64,000 bases of DNA from a virus (taxonomy: Duplodnaviria > Heunggongvirae > Uroviricota > Caudoviricetes): IMG/VR virus record IMGVR_UViG_2563366895_000001, positions 1-64,000 of that record; one strand, 5' to 3'. Every line of letters starts with the position of its first letter. The first letter of the stretch is position 1. The position numbers were made by a program, and so were the translations under genes. Positions 1 through 8,488 of the stretch are shown one piece after another. The notes under the pieces were generated by a model. It had not been told where the DNA came from. It worked only from the letters and a program-made list of their open reading frames with translations, and searched no databases.

Positions 1-286
1 ATTGAAAATTTATCGGTTTCTTTATTAGGATGAAGTAACAGACTCCTGACATAGCTACCACCATTCTAAAGAGGCTTTGAACAAGAATAGAGATACAGCA
101 GCACTGAAATCAAGAAGTTGTGCAAAAAATAAAAATATTGATTTGTGTCACAGTTGCTGCTTTTTATTATTGAATTTTTATCAATTTCACTACAGATAAA
201 TAAATTGACATAGTGTGTAACCCCTGTAAATATAAAGGGCACTTTATCTGCTAAAGCCAACCAATTTAAAAATAGAGGGTGGGAGC

Positions 287-976
287 ATGGAAGTTATCTA
301 CATAGTAGAACCAATCATTTCCACAAGCACTAACAAGTTGATAGCAGTGGAAGTGTTGAGCAGATTTTATTCCAACGAGGGGGCTATTCTTTCTACTCAG
401 AAAGTATTAGGTATGTTTACAAGCAAGATGAAGATTAACTTGCTAAAATCTCAACTTAACACAATAATCAAATATAAGTGTTTTTTTGAATGCCATAATA
501 TATTATGCTCTATCAATGTAGATTATGATACCTGTTTATATATATATGGCAATAAACAAATTCAAGAACTACTAATAAACAATAAATTTATAGCGATTGA
601 GATATCAGAAAACTATCCTGATTTAAGCGATGAGGATTACGTCATATCCTTTCTACTGACTTTGACAGATAATGTTTGGCTTGATGATTTTGGAAGTGGT
701 AACGCCACCATGAAAGCATTAATTAAAAATAAATACCATGCAATAAAACTTGATAAGTCATTTTTTCAAGAGCATATGATTAAGCCTCATTTTGATGTCA
801 TTATTAGCAATTTAAAAAAGTTATGTCCGAATATCATCGCTGAAGGCGTCGAAAACATTGATTGTCATAAGTTATCAAAAGGGATAGGGCTATGGGGCGC
901 TCAGGGATATTTTTTCCCATCAATTCCGCTGACGGAGATTGAGTCCATAGATAGTAAGTGGCTATCAGATTTATGA
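287..976 (+). CDS. Stand-alone EAL-domain protein, probable c-di-GMP phosphodiesterase
   Basis: 229-aa ORF with purine-rich RBS (agagggtggga) just upstream; translation carries the EAL-domain motifs in canonical order: EVL, IEISE (ExxE), DDFGSGN, IKLDKSF, AEGVEN, QGYFF; AT-rich, unlike neighbouring backbone genes. Confidence 0.65.
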   Translation: MEVIYIVEPIISTSTNKLIAVEVLSRFYSNEGAILSTQKVLGMFTSKMKINLLKSQLNTIIKYKCFFECHNILCSINVDYDTCLYIYGNKQIQELLINNKFIAIEISENYPDLSDEDYVISFLLTLTDNVWLDDFGSGNATMKALIKNKYHAIKLDKSFFQEHMIKPHFDVIISNLKKLCPNIIAEGVENIDCHKLSKGIGLWGAQGYFFPSIPLTEIESIDSKWLSDL

Positions 977-1029
977 GATGCAGAGAGTTAGGATATTGAT
1001 ATGAACATCTAAGCACCTCATTACTGTGC

Positions 1030-1701
1030 TTAAAAGATGTTATCCTTACCTGTTAATTTACCTTGAGGAACTTTAGTGAGCTCCATCCGATAAAATGCTT
1101 TTATCATATTTACAAATGGCTCATATGGTGAATATTCGTTGTCTTGTTTAGTAACGGTGTCTGTCATTGTCCTGATGTAGTCTGCGCTTACCACGTTGTT
1201 GTATTCTGTTGCGAAGCAGCATAACAACGTCAGAACATGCTCTGTCGTTATTTCGCTCCAGTTGATGTTGAAAAACTCATCGCCTTTTTTATCGTGTTCG
1301 GAATCGAAGATGCTTTGGTGGAGGATGTATTTGCCGGATTCCTTGCGCGGTAACTTGATCGCTTTCTGGCGTTCCAACTCCTTGTAAATCTGCATTGCTT
1401 CAATTAGTACCGGCCTGCCGTTCATGAAGGGATCGCGCAACCTTACACGCTGGCCAACTCGACCGGTAATAAAGCTGTTTTCCTCTTCCACCAGCACGAT
1501 AAAACCCTTTTCCTCTTTTTCTCGCAATTCGCGCAGCAGCTGGAGTTCCATATCGCGGCGGCGTTCAGGGTAGCTGGTCCGCTCAGCCATTATCAGCTCG
1601 TTGTTGATCCATGCAGCAGTCATTGACGCCGGTTTGCCGACGCTCATCGAAACAACGCATATTTTCTTATCCATAGCGCCCCTACAAAAAAGAAAAGCCA
1701 C
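1030..1701 (-). CDS. Hypothetical protein (start uncertain; ATG at 1674 would give 214 aa)
   Basis: 223-aa ORF in six-frame track; no motif recognised by eye. Confidence 0.45.
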   Translation of the reverse strand: MAFLFCRGAMDKKICVVSMSVGKPASMTAAWINNELIMAERTSYPERRRDMELQLLRELREKEEKGFIVLVEEENSFITGRVGQRVRLRDPFMNGRPVLIEAMQIYKELERQKAIKLPRKESGKYILHQSIFDSEHDKKGDEFFNINWSEITTEHVLTLLCCFATEYNNVVSADYIRTMTDTVTKQDNEYSPYEPFVNMIKAFYRMELTKVPQGKLTGKDNIF

Positions 1702-1956
1702 CAGCGGCGGCTTAGCAATACAACTGAAGGTAGCGCCCGGTACTCAGACTGTGCCGTCCATGGAATATTTGAAAAGGGATCCATCCGTACCGGGCTTGAT
1801 GTGATTTTGGCAGAAGTAATTTGTCAGATGTCAATTTTTTTATCTGTAAAAATGCTATAAACCAATATTTCTATTATTTTTTATATGGTTGCAGTAGTAG
1901 AGTCTGGGCTATTCCTGCGTCCGGTCTTGATGACCACAAATCACGGAGATTGATTA

Positions 1957-2511
1957 ATGAAAAATCGTAGTTTCAACATCATCGCTTCTATTGCTATGGC
2001 TCTAATGTTAACAGGGTGTAACCAGTCAGAGATTGATAAACTCTCACTTATCGGTGAAGACAAGAGTTATCTTGAAGAACAGGACGAAGCCACTTTTGAA
2101 AAACGGACTCCAGACATAGAACTTTTTGCATTATACGATAAATCGTCACCTGACGCTCAGGAACCACATACCACAGGAATGTTGATTAATGGCAAGGTTG
2201 AGTTGAGCATGACAACAAAAGTTGGCAAATATACCTTTATGCAATTAGATGAAATGCTTACAAAAGAGTATGGGAAACCTGTTGCGACGAAGGACCATAT
2301 CTTTGATAAGGCTGCAATCTCTGGTTTGGACTGCATTGAAACTAAAACCTGTGGTGCTGGTAAGTATTATGAAGTATTCCGAGGAAAGGATCGGTTTGTA
2401 TTATTGATTAATGGAGCTGGTTATTTGTACGAAAAAGAAGGGGTTGCATTGCTTACTATCACGGACAAACAATTAAAAGTTGCTCGTCTGGAAGAGGACA
2501 AAAAACATTAA
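1957..2511 (+). CDS. Lipoprotein
   Basis: N-terminus MKNRSFNIIASIAMALMLTGC is a signal peptide with L-x-G-C lipobox; 184 aa. Confidence 0.6.
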   Translation: MKNRSFNIIASIAMALMLTGCNQSEIDKLSLIGEDKSYLEEQDEATFEKRTPDIELFALYDKSSPDAQEPHTTGMLINGKVELSMTTKVGKYTFMQLDEMLTKEYGKPVATKDHIFDKAAISGLDCIETKTCGAGKYYEVFRGKDRFVLLINGAGYLYEKEGVALLTITDKQLKVARLEEDKKH

Positions 2512-2518
2512 CAAACAG

Positions 2519-2534
2519 GGGCATACGCGCCCCA
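2519..2534. terminator. GC hairpin between convergent genes (possible bidirectional terminator)
   Basis: ggggcatacgcgcccc followed by A/T-rich tract, between the + lipoprotein gene and - ref. Confidence 0.3.
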
Positions 2535-2557
2535 ATATTTTAAAAATAATAAATATA

Positions 2558-3118
2558 TTAGTGCATGATATTTGCCATCTCATAGGCGTCAGCCAGCAAC
2601 TCCATCTCTGACTTGTTCAGCAGGGTGAATTCTTTCTTGCCTCCAACCACACCATCGGCATGAACAGGGACCAGCCAGGGGTATTTTTCTCTTACTTCAG
2701 CCGGTGCTGCATGCTGGTGGTGCCATCTACAAAGGGGCAATTGCTTTTTGTGACAACCCGGCGCGGTACGACCGGAGATATGGTGCAGAGACACCTCTTC
2801 AGATATTACTCCATGCATGTAGCAGGCAATGCAGGGGAGAGTGCCAAGAGCATTGGCGATGGTCCGTTCCTCCGCCGTCGGTGTTCGCCCCTTCAAGCCA
2901 CGAGATTTTATTTTTACCGCACTTTTCCGCGTTTTGCTGGCTGGTGGGCGCTCTTTCTGTTTAGCGATACGGCGGTCGATAGAATCCCGCATTTTCTGAT
3001 ATTGCGATTCTCGCCAGGCGGGGTCAGCCAACTTTTCCCGTTGCCGAGCGATCGCTCGTTCTCTGGCTGCCTTCTGCCACTCGCGGCGCTGTTCAAGTTT
3101 TTGTTCGATTGTTTTCAT
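2558..3118 (-). CDS. ref: Ref recombination-enhancement function, HNH-family endonuclease
   Basis: Begins MKTIEQKLEQRREW at the internal ATG (3118) of the 221-aa track ORF, giving 186 aa; cysteine/histidine-rich C-terminus (CIACYMHG...HHISGR...CRWHH); position downstream of cre as in P1; the upstream ATG at 3223 lies upstream of the promoter/operator. Confidence 0.8.
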   Translation of the reverse strand: MKTIEQKLEQRREWQKAARERAIARQREKLADPAWRESQYQKMRDSIDRRIAKQKERPPASKTRKSAVKIKSRGLKGRTPTAEERTIANALGTLPCIACYMHGVISEEVSLHHISGRTAPGCHKKQLPLCRWHHQHAAPAEVREKYPWLVPVHADGVVGGKKEFTLLNKSEMELLADAYEMANIMH

Positions 3119-3123
3119 ATGGC

Positions 3124-3149
3124 AAAAAAAAGGCGGCCTAATGGCCGCC
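3124..3149 (-). terminator. Intrinsic terminator-like hairpin plus T8 run in the ref leader
   Basis: Minus strand reads GGCGGCCATTAGGCCGCC followed by TTTTTTTT, ending 5 nt before the ref ATG; lies between the putative ref promoter/operator and the start codon. Confidence 0.4.
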
Positions 3150-3216
3150 AATGATGTCAAGGAGTGAAGTAATGGCAACGTCTTCGTAGTTGACAAAAAC
3201 TGCGACTCAATTATAG

Positions 3217-3233
3217 CAACCAATTAGAGCAAT
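3217..3233 (-). promoter_or_regulatory. C1 operator-like site overlapping putative ref promoter
   Basis: Plus strand caaccAATTAGAGCAAT (11 of 17 consensus positions); minus strand has gctataat -10 immediately downstream. Confidence 0.45.
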
Positions 3234-3364
3234 TAAAGTTGTTTATTTATCGCGAATCACATTTTTTCACTTCAGTACCTGTGTGCTATACTCCTTCTTG
3301 ATTGATTGGATGCGGAATACAAACCCGCTCTTTTGTGCAGCCTGGCTCCTTGCCAGGCTTTTTT

Positions 3365-3676
3365 TTATTTCATCATGGAAGCTGTTAACGCTTTGGACCT
3401 TGCTGAACTGATTGAGAGGGCTTTGTCAACGTGCCCCAAAAATTCGCCAAACTCAGACATCACTTTAGCAAAACCGCGCCGTGCTTCTTCCTCGGTGGCA
3501 TTCATCACGAAATGTTCAGCACCACGCATACTTTTGACAGGGAACGCAACGGATATTGAATCAATATCAGGCATTCTATCGCTCAGCTTTACAGTGACAA
3601 TGACGGCTGGCGACTGAATATTAGTGCTTACAGACAGCACTACATATTTTCCGTCGATTTTGAAATCCTTTCTCAT
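3365..3676 (-). CDS. Hypothetical protein downstream of cre (c8-like position)
   Basis: 103-aa ORF; operator-like site at 3693-3709 just upstream. Confidence 0.45.
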   Translation of the reverse strand: MRKDFKIDGKYVVLSVSTNIQSPAVIVTVKLSDRMPDIDSISVAFPVKSMRGAEHFVMNATEEEARRGFAKVMSEFGEFLGHVDKALSISSARSKALTASMMK

Positions 3677-3692
3677 ATGTCACCATAAATAT

Positions 3693-3709
3693 CAAAGAAT
3701 TAGAGCAAT
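3693..3709 (-). promoter_or_regulatory. C1 operator-like site (partial match)
   Basis: caaagaATTAGAGCAAT between the cre stop and the 103-aa ORF. Confidence 0.35.
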
Positions 3710-3726
3710 CATTTACGCGTTAATGG

Positions 3727-4758
3727 CTAATCGCCATCTTCCAGCAGGCGCACCATTGCCCCCGTTTCACTATCCAGGTTACGAATGTAGTTCATGACAA
3801 TATTTACGTTGGTCCAGCCGCCAGCTTGCATGATCTCCGGTATAGAAACTCCGGCGCGGGCCATATCTCGCGCGGCACCGACACGGGCACTATGTCCAGA
3901 CCAGGCCAGGTATCGCTGACCAGAGTCATCTTTTGCCCCGTAAATCAATCGGTGAGTTGCTTCAAAAATCCCTTCCAGGGCGCGAGTTGATAGCTGGCTG
4001 GTGGATGATGGCGCGGCAACACCATTTTTTCTGACGCGGCAAAACAGGTAGTTATTCGGATCATCAGCTACACCAGAGACAGAAATCCATCGCTCAACCA
4101 GTTTAGTTACCCCCAGGCTAAGTGCCTTCTCTACACCAGCGGTGCTAACCAGCGTTTTCGTTCTGCCAATATGGATTAACATTCTCCCACCGTCAGTACG
4201 TGAGATATCTTTAACCCTGATCCTGGAAATTTCGGCTATACGTAACAGGGTGTTATAAGCAATCCCCAGAAATGCCAGATTACGTATATCCTGGCAGCGA
4301 TCGCTATTTTCCATGAGTGAACGAACCTGGTCGAAATCAGTGCGTTCGAACGCCAGTGCCTGTTTTGCACGTTCACCGGCATCAACGTTTTCTTTTCGGA
4401 TCCGTCGCATGACCAGTGAAACAGCATTGCTGTCACTTGGTCGTGGCAGACCGGACCGACGATGAAGCATATTTAGCTGGCCCAAATGTTGCTGGATAGT
4501 TTTCACTGCCAGACCGCGCGCCTGAAGATATAGAAGATAATCGCGAACATCTTCAGGTTCTGCGGGAAACCACTTCCGGTTATTCAACTTGCACCATGCC
4601 GCCCACGACCGGCAAACGGACAGAAGCATTTTCCAGGTATGCTCAGAAAACGCCTGGCGATCCCTGAACATGTCCATCAGGTTCTTGCGAACCTCATCAC
4701 TCGTTGCATCGACCGGTAATGCAGGCAAATTTTGGTGTACGGTCAGTAAATTGGACAT
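3727..4758 (-). CDS. cre: Cre site-specific tyrosine recombinase
   Basis: 343-aa translation recognised as P1 Cre (MSNLLTVHQNLPALPVDATSDEVRKNLMDMF...; catalytic region ...HSARVGAARDMARAGVSIPEIMQAGGWTNVNIVMNYIRNLD); loxP lies 420 bp upstream. Confidence 0.97.
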   Translation of the reverse strand: MSNLLTVHQNLPALPVDATSDEVRKNLMDMFRDRQAFSEHTWKMLLSVCRSWAAWCKLNNRKWFPAEPEDVRDYLLYLQARGLAVKTIQQHLGQLNMLHRRSGLPRPSDSNAVSLVMRRIRKENVDAGERAKQALAFERTDFDQVRSLMENSDRCQDIRNLAFLGIAYNTLLRIAEISRIRVKDISRTDGGRMLIHIGRTKTLVSTAGVEKALSLGVTKLVERWISVSGVADDPNNYLFCRVRKNGVAAPSSTSQLSTRALEGIFEATHRLIYGAKDDSGQRYLAWSGHSARVGAARDMARAGVSIPEIMQAGGWTNVNIVMNYIRNLDSETGAMVRLLEDGD

Positions 4759-4765
4759 TTAACAC

Positions 4766-4987
4766 TCAGATGATGGTTTTAAGTAAAGTGTACAGGATCG
4801 GCTCTGCCTTTACCTGTTTATGGTTCTCGTCATAGAAACGCCAGCGACCGCGCGTGCGTTCTATTTTCTCTTCACCGCGCGATAATGACAGTTGGCAACT
4901 ATCACGATCAAACCCTTTTGCCCGCCAGTAACCACGGTTTTTCTCAAGCTCAAGATGAGTGGACACTTTAGCAGTTGAATATCCCAT
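4766..4987 (-). CDS. cra: Small ORF between loxP and cre (cra-like, cre-associated)
   Basis: 73-aa ORF ending 8 bp before the cre start, same strand; name assigned from position only. Confidence 0.45.
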   Translation of the reverse strand: MGYSTAKVSTHLELEKNRGYWRAKGFDRDSCQLSLSRGEEKIERTRGRWRFYDENHKQVKAEPILYTLLKTII

Positions 4988-5082
4988 TTTTCACCTCTGA
5001 TTGATTGGTGGTGCTAAGTGCGCTACGCGAAATCTGTAGGACTAACACCGCCAACTTTGCACAGATTTTACGTAGCGCAACC

Positions 5083-5106
5083 TTGATCAAATGATCAAGT
5101 GATCAC
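5083..5106. promoter_or_regulatory. Cluster of three Dam (GATC) sites in the cre upstream region
   Basis: ttGATCaaatGATCaagtGATCac; consistent with the methylation-sensitive cre promoter known for P1. Confidence 0.4.
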
Positions 5107-5176
5107 TATTTGACCTGCTAAGGTATTGAACTGTATGGATTTACAGGTAAATTGATCATATTCAATAACCCTTATT

Positions 5177-5210
5177 ATAACTTCGTATAATGTATGCTAT
5201 ACGAAGTTAT
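5177..5210. other. loxP: loxP recombination site
   Basis: Exact 34-bp ATAACTTCGTATA-ATGTATGC-TATACGAAGTTAT: 13-bp inverted repeats flanking the 8-bp asymmetric spacer. Confidence 0.97.
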
Positions 5211-5253
5211 CAGGTCCGAAGAGGAGTTTACGTCCAGCTGTGCACAAAAATCA

Positions 5254-5270
5254 ATAATTATTAGAGCAAT
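5254..5270 (-). promoter_or_regulatory. C1 operator (Op99-type, c1/coi control region)
   Basis: ataATTATTAGAGCAAT matches the reverse-complement consensus AAATTTATTAGAGCAAT. Confidence 0.6.
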
Positions 5271-5336
5271 AAATTTAGAGAGAAAAATCCCACTCCACCA
5301 GCTAAAAACTGGATTGTTTTTCATAGTTGTTTGACA

Positions 5337-5353
5337 ATTGCTCTAATAAATTA
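5337..5353 (+). promoter_or_regulatory. C1 operator overlapping a TTGACA -35 box
   Basis: TTGACA followed by ATTGCTCTAATAAATTA, 16 of 17 consensus positions. Confidence 0.65.
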
Positions 5354-5591
5354 TAGTTTTGCCGACGTTACGTAATACGACTTTGGATTCACTATTTAAT
5401 GTGTCTTCAGCGTTGTAGAGCGGCTCAGAAGGAAATGAGCAAACAGGGAAACCTTATACAACGGCATTACAGCTATGCATTGCTCATCTTACACACAGCG
5501 CAATGTTGTTAGATTACCCCAGCATGGATCATGGGTGAAACAGTAGGTCAGAGCTTCAGGCTCTGTGTTGTCAATACAGTGAGGCATAATT

Positions 5592-5801
5592 ATGGCTTTC
5601 ATTCAACCAACCATCGACGACGTTAGACATTGCTCTAACGCTTTATCTGTAGACCCTGCCGAAACCGACGCTGCCCGCGCCATTGCTGAACACTACTCAA
5701 AGATATCCAATCAGGAGTACCGCATCACCCAAGACGACCTGGATGACCTCACTGACACAATCGAATATCTCATGGCAACTAACCAGTTGGACTCACAATA
5801 A
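5592..5801 (+). CDS. coi: Coi, C1 inactivator
   Basis: 69-aa ORF directly upstream of c1 on the same strand, downstream of C1 operators. Confidence 0.8.
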   Translation: MAFIQPTIDDVRHCSNALSVDPAETDAARAIAEHYSKISNQEYRITQDDLDDLTDTIEYLMATNQLDSQ

Positions 5802-5911
5802 ATGCACTAATAAATCTATTATTTTTGTTTGATCCCTCTATAATATAGGTCAGTAATGACCGGTTTTCTCAGCCGGGCGTTATTGACCATGTCAATTCTG
5901 GAGGAGGATCA

Positions 5912-6763
5912 ATGATAAATTATGTCTACGGCGAACAACTGTACCAGGAGTTCGTCAGCTTCAGGGATCTCTTTCTAAAAAAAGCTGTTGCACGCGCCCA
6001 ACACGTTGATACAGCCAGCGACGGTCGTCCTGTACGCCCGGTTGTCGTTCTACCGTTCAAAGAAACTGACAGCATTCAGGCTGAAATTGATAAATGGACT
6101 TTAATGGCGCGGGAACTGGAACAGTACCCAGACCTCAATATCCCAAAGACTATTTTATATCCAGTGCCTAACATCCTTCGCGGTGTGCGTAAGGTTACAA
6201 CTTATCAGACAGAGGCTGTGAACAGCGTCAACATGACCGCTGGCCGCATTATTCATCTGATTGATAAGGACATTCGCATCCAAAAAAGCGCGGGGATCAA
6301 TGAGCACAGTGCGAAATACATAGAGAACCTGGAAGCAACAAAAGAGCTAATGAAGCAGTACCCGGAGGATGAAAAATTCCGTATGCGCGTACACGGCTTT
6401 AGCGAAACAATGCTGCGCGTCCACTACATTTCCAGTAGCCCTAACTACAATGATGGTAAATCAGTTAGTTACCATGTGCCACTGTGTGGCGTGTTTATCT
6501 GCGATGAAACTCTCCGTGATGGAATTATCATCAACGGTGAATTCGAAAAAGCAAAATTTAGCCTTTATGACTCCATAGAACCGATCATCTGCGACCGCTG
6601 GCCGCAAGCAAAAATATATCGCCTGGCAGATATTGAAAATGTAAAAAAACAAATTGCCATCACTCGCGAAGAGAAAAAGGTTAAGTCAGCCGCATCAGTT
6701 ACGCGCAGCCGTAAAACCAAGAAGGGGCAGCCAGTAAACGACAACCCCGAAAGCGCGCAATAA
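5912..6763 (+). CDS. c1: C1 repressor of lysis
   Basis: 283-aa ORF (MINYVYGEQLYQEFVSFRDLFLKKAVARAQHVD...), length and context as P1 C1; its operator is scattered across the window. Confidence 0.9.
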   Translation: MINYVYGEQLYQEFVSFRDLFLKKAVARAQHVDTASDGRPVRPVVVLPFKETDSIQAEIDKWTLMARELEQYPDLNIPKTILYPVPNILRGVRKVTTYQTEAVNSVNMTAGRIIHLIDKDIRIQKSAGINEHSAKYIENLEATKELMKQYPEDEKFRMRVHGFSETMLRVHYISSSPNYNDGKSVSYHVPLCGVFICDETLRDGIIINGEFEKAKFSLYDSIEPIICDRWPQAKIYRLADIENVKKQIAITREEKKVKSAASVTRSRKTKKGQPVNDNPESAQ

Positions 6764-6768
6764 ATTAT

Positions 6769-6786
6769 GCCCGGCATCAACCGGGC
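6769..6786. terminator. Hairpin between convergent c1 and ant-like genes
   Basis: gcccggcatcaaccgggc. Confidence 0.35.
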
Positions 6787-6795
6787 ATTCTTCCA

Positions 6796-7911
6796 TTATT
6801 CAGCCGCCACCGGTTTTAACAAGCCAGCATCGAGCAGTTTACGCGTCAACCACTGCTGGCCTTTACCCGTTAATTGAGGCGTCAACCGTATCTGGTAGCC
6901 ATCTTCATCATCCAGCACCACTTCTTTCACCGTGAAATACCCCGCGTTGATGTACTGCTGGAACGGCACATTTTTACGTCCACCGGACGCTATCAGGATG
7001 CCGTTCTCCCGTAACCAGGCAAACAGCGCGTTTTGCTTAAGTCCAACAACCTTTGCAAAATTCCCAATCAGGATCCCTTTAGCTACTGATACCCGGTCGG
7101 CAAAATCGACTTTAGGAGCGGCGGCCACCAGCTGCTGATTTAGCTGGTGGGCTTTCTGTTCCAGAAGCTGCTTTTGTTCAGCCAGTTCGGCAGCCAGGCG
7201 TAGGGCTTCTGGTAATGTTTGGGGGATTGCAACCGGTTGCTGTTCTTTTTGTCGGAAGTAGCTGTCTTCCAGTTTTTCAAAGAATGCCCATGCCTGATCG
7301 GTTTCGATCATTTTAGCGTGGCGGGCTGCGCCGCGTTCCGTCCAGAGGATGAGTGAGCGGGCTTTAGGAGAGATAGGATTTTGTGAGTTACTTAAAGTCA
7401 CTCGCAAATTGTTCAAATCATCTCCAATAACTTTATAGAAATGCTTGCCTTCACAAAAACGTTCAGCATTACGGGAAAAGTTCTTCTTGATGTTATCCGC
7501 ATCTGTCCCATACCCCTTAGCAAGGATCTTAGTTGTCACTACACGCACTCCCAGCCATTCCAGAACGGGAATTTCATCAGACTGATTCTGAACAACCACC
7601 AGCTCCGATTCCTGAACTGAAGGTGCATGAGTTTTTTCTGATTTAACGTTAGTTGCTTTCATTCTGTGTGCCTCCTTGCGTGTTTCGGCTGCGACGGTTG
7701 CGTAATTCAGATGCCCCTGTTCGAGCAGGTATTCGCGGATATCAGACAACAGAATGCGGTGAACAGCGTTCTTGTCCTTTCTCCGGTAAAGTTGTTTGGT
7801 GATCATGAAGTAGTTGGCAATAACGCCCGGTATATCCCTGGTACTGATACAGGATGTGTGCTGTTCAATTGCCTCAATCATTTCTTCACGGGTGACTAAT
7901 GACGTTCTCAT
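6796..7911 (-). CDS. Antirepressor-like protein (KilA-C type C-terminal domain), paralog of immI Ant
   Basis: 371 aa; C-terminal about 95 aa nearly identical to Ant at 53426-54463 (GILIGNFAKVVGLKQNALF...GYFTVKEVVLDDEDGYQIRLTPQLTGKGQQWLTRKLLDAGLLKPVA) and related to KilA. Confidence 0.7.
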   Translation of the reverse strand: MRTSLVTREEMIEAIEQHTSCISTRDIPGVIANYFMITKQLYRRKDKNAVHRILLSDIREYLLEQGHLNYATVAAETRKEAHRMKATNVKSEKTHAPSVQESELVVVQNQSDEIPVLEWLGVRVVTTKILAKGYGTDADNIKKNFSRNAERFCEGKHFYKVIGDDLNNLRVTLSNSQNPISPKARSLILWTERGAARHAKMIETDQAWAFFEKLEDSYFRQKEQQPVAIPQTLPEALRLAAELAEQKQLLEQKAHQLNQQLVAAAPKVDFADRVSVAKGILIGNFAKVVGLKQNALFAWLRENGILIASGGRKNVPFQQYINAGYFTVKEVVLDDEDGYQIRLTPQLTGKGQQWLTRKLLDAGLLKPVAAE

Positions 7912-8129
7912 AGTCCCTCCTGAGCAGAAGCGTTAACAGGGAGGCACCAGTAACTGAGAGAGTTGCGCGAATCAGTGGAAAAGCGGGCAGAGAAAATGCA
8001 GGGAGCGTCAGGAAGCTGAGAACGGGCCTCATCTTCTGTCGGTGCAATAACGAAGTGATAGTGACGTTTCTGGCAGGAATAGAAGCGCCAGATGAATTCA
8101 GGATGAGTTGGGGTAGGGACAGTAGCCAT
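7908..8129 (-). CDS. Icd-like small protein (paralog of the icd at 54460-54681)
   Basis: 73 aa; shares EFIWRFYSCxKxHYHFVIAxTEDEARSQLPDxPCIFxARFSTxSRNSLSYW with the other 73-aa ORF; stop overlaps the ant-like start; RBS aaggagg. Confidence 0.55.
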   Translation of the reverse strand: MATVPTPTHPEFIWRFYSCQKRHYHFVIAPTEDEARSQLPDAPCIFSARFSTDSRNSLSYWCLPVNASAQEGL

Positions 8130-8313
8130 AATGGCAGCCTCCTTTGACTAAGTTAAGGAGCTACCGCGTGAGGTCTCAATCTCAATGGCGGTAGCACTGA
8201 CTGGGTTGAGACTACCGGCGTCAAAGGGAACCGGCCTGCCTTTCGGCAGCCCAGCCAGCACTACCATTGATTTCGGAGCTAAACGCTACGTATGGCTGTG
8301 CGATGGCATGACA

Positions 8314-8450
8314 CAAAAAAAGACGCTTTCGGCGTCTGTGTCGCCTTTGACATTATCCGGGGTCTCAATCCCGGCACCCGTTTTAATGAGGTGCCTGATA
8401 AGCATAAACCGAAAATGCCTCAAGGCGCAAGAGGTCAGGTTCAATGTAAC
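8314..8450 (-). ncRNA. c4-like antisense RNA region of the second immI-like module (approximate)
   Basis: Leader between the C1 operator (8469-8485) and the icd-like start; minus strand has hairpin CCGGGATTGAGACCCCGG, then terminator GACGCCGAAAGCGTC plus T7, then downstream complementary GTCTCAAC near the RBS. Confidence 0.35.
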
Positions 8451-8468
8451 ATCGGTAGTTAAAAAACA

Positions 8469-8485
8469 CAATTTATTAGAGCAAA
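8469..8485 (-). promoter_or_regulatory. C1 operator upstream of the icd/ant-like module
   Basis: cAATTTATTAGAGCAAa. Confidence 0.55.
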
Positions 8486-8488
8486 TAT

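Noticed and set aside
66-260. 64-aa minus-strand ORF at the window start
   Set aside because: Lies in a very AT-rich region directly upstream of the EAL gene, with no RBS or motifs; more likely promoter DNA.
2660-3154. Plus-strand ORFs (164 and 86 aa) inside ref
   Set aside because: Antisense shadow ORFs within a well-supported gene, with no RBS or motifs.
2558-3223. 221-aa N-terminally extended form of Ref
   Set aside because: The upstream ATG lies upstream of the predicted promoter -10 and operator and of a terminator hairpin; the internal ATG gives the 186-aa protein starting MKTIEQ.
5400-5590. Very small ORFs (about 25 aa) between loxP and coi, where P1 is said to carry imcA/imcB
   Set aside because: Too short and without distinctive features to call without a reference comparison.
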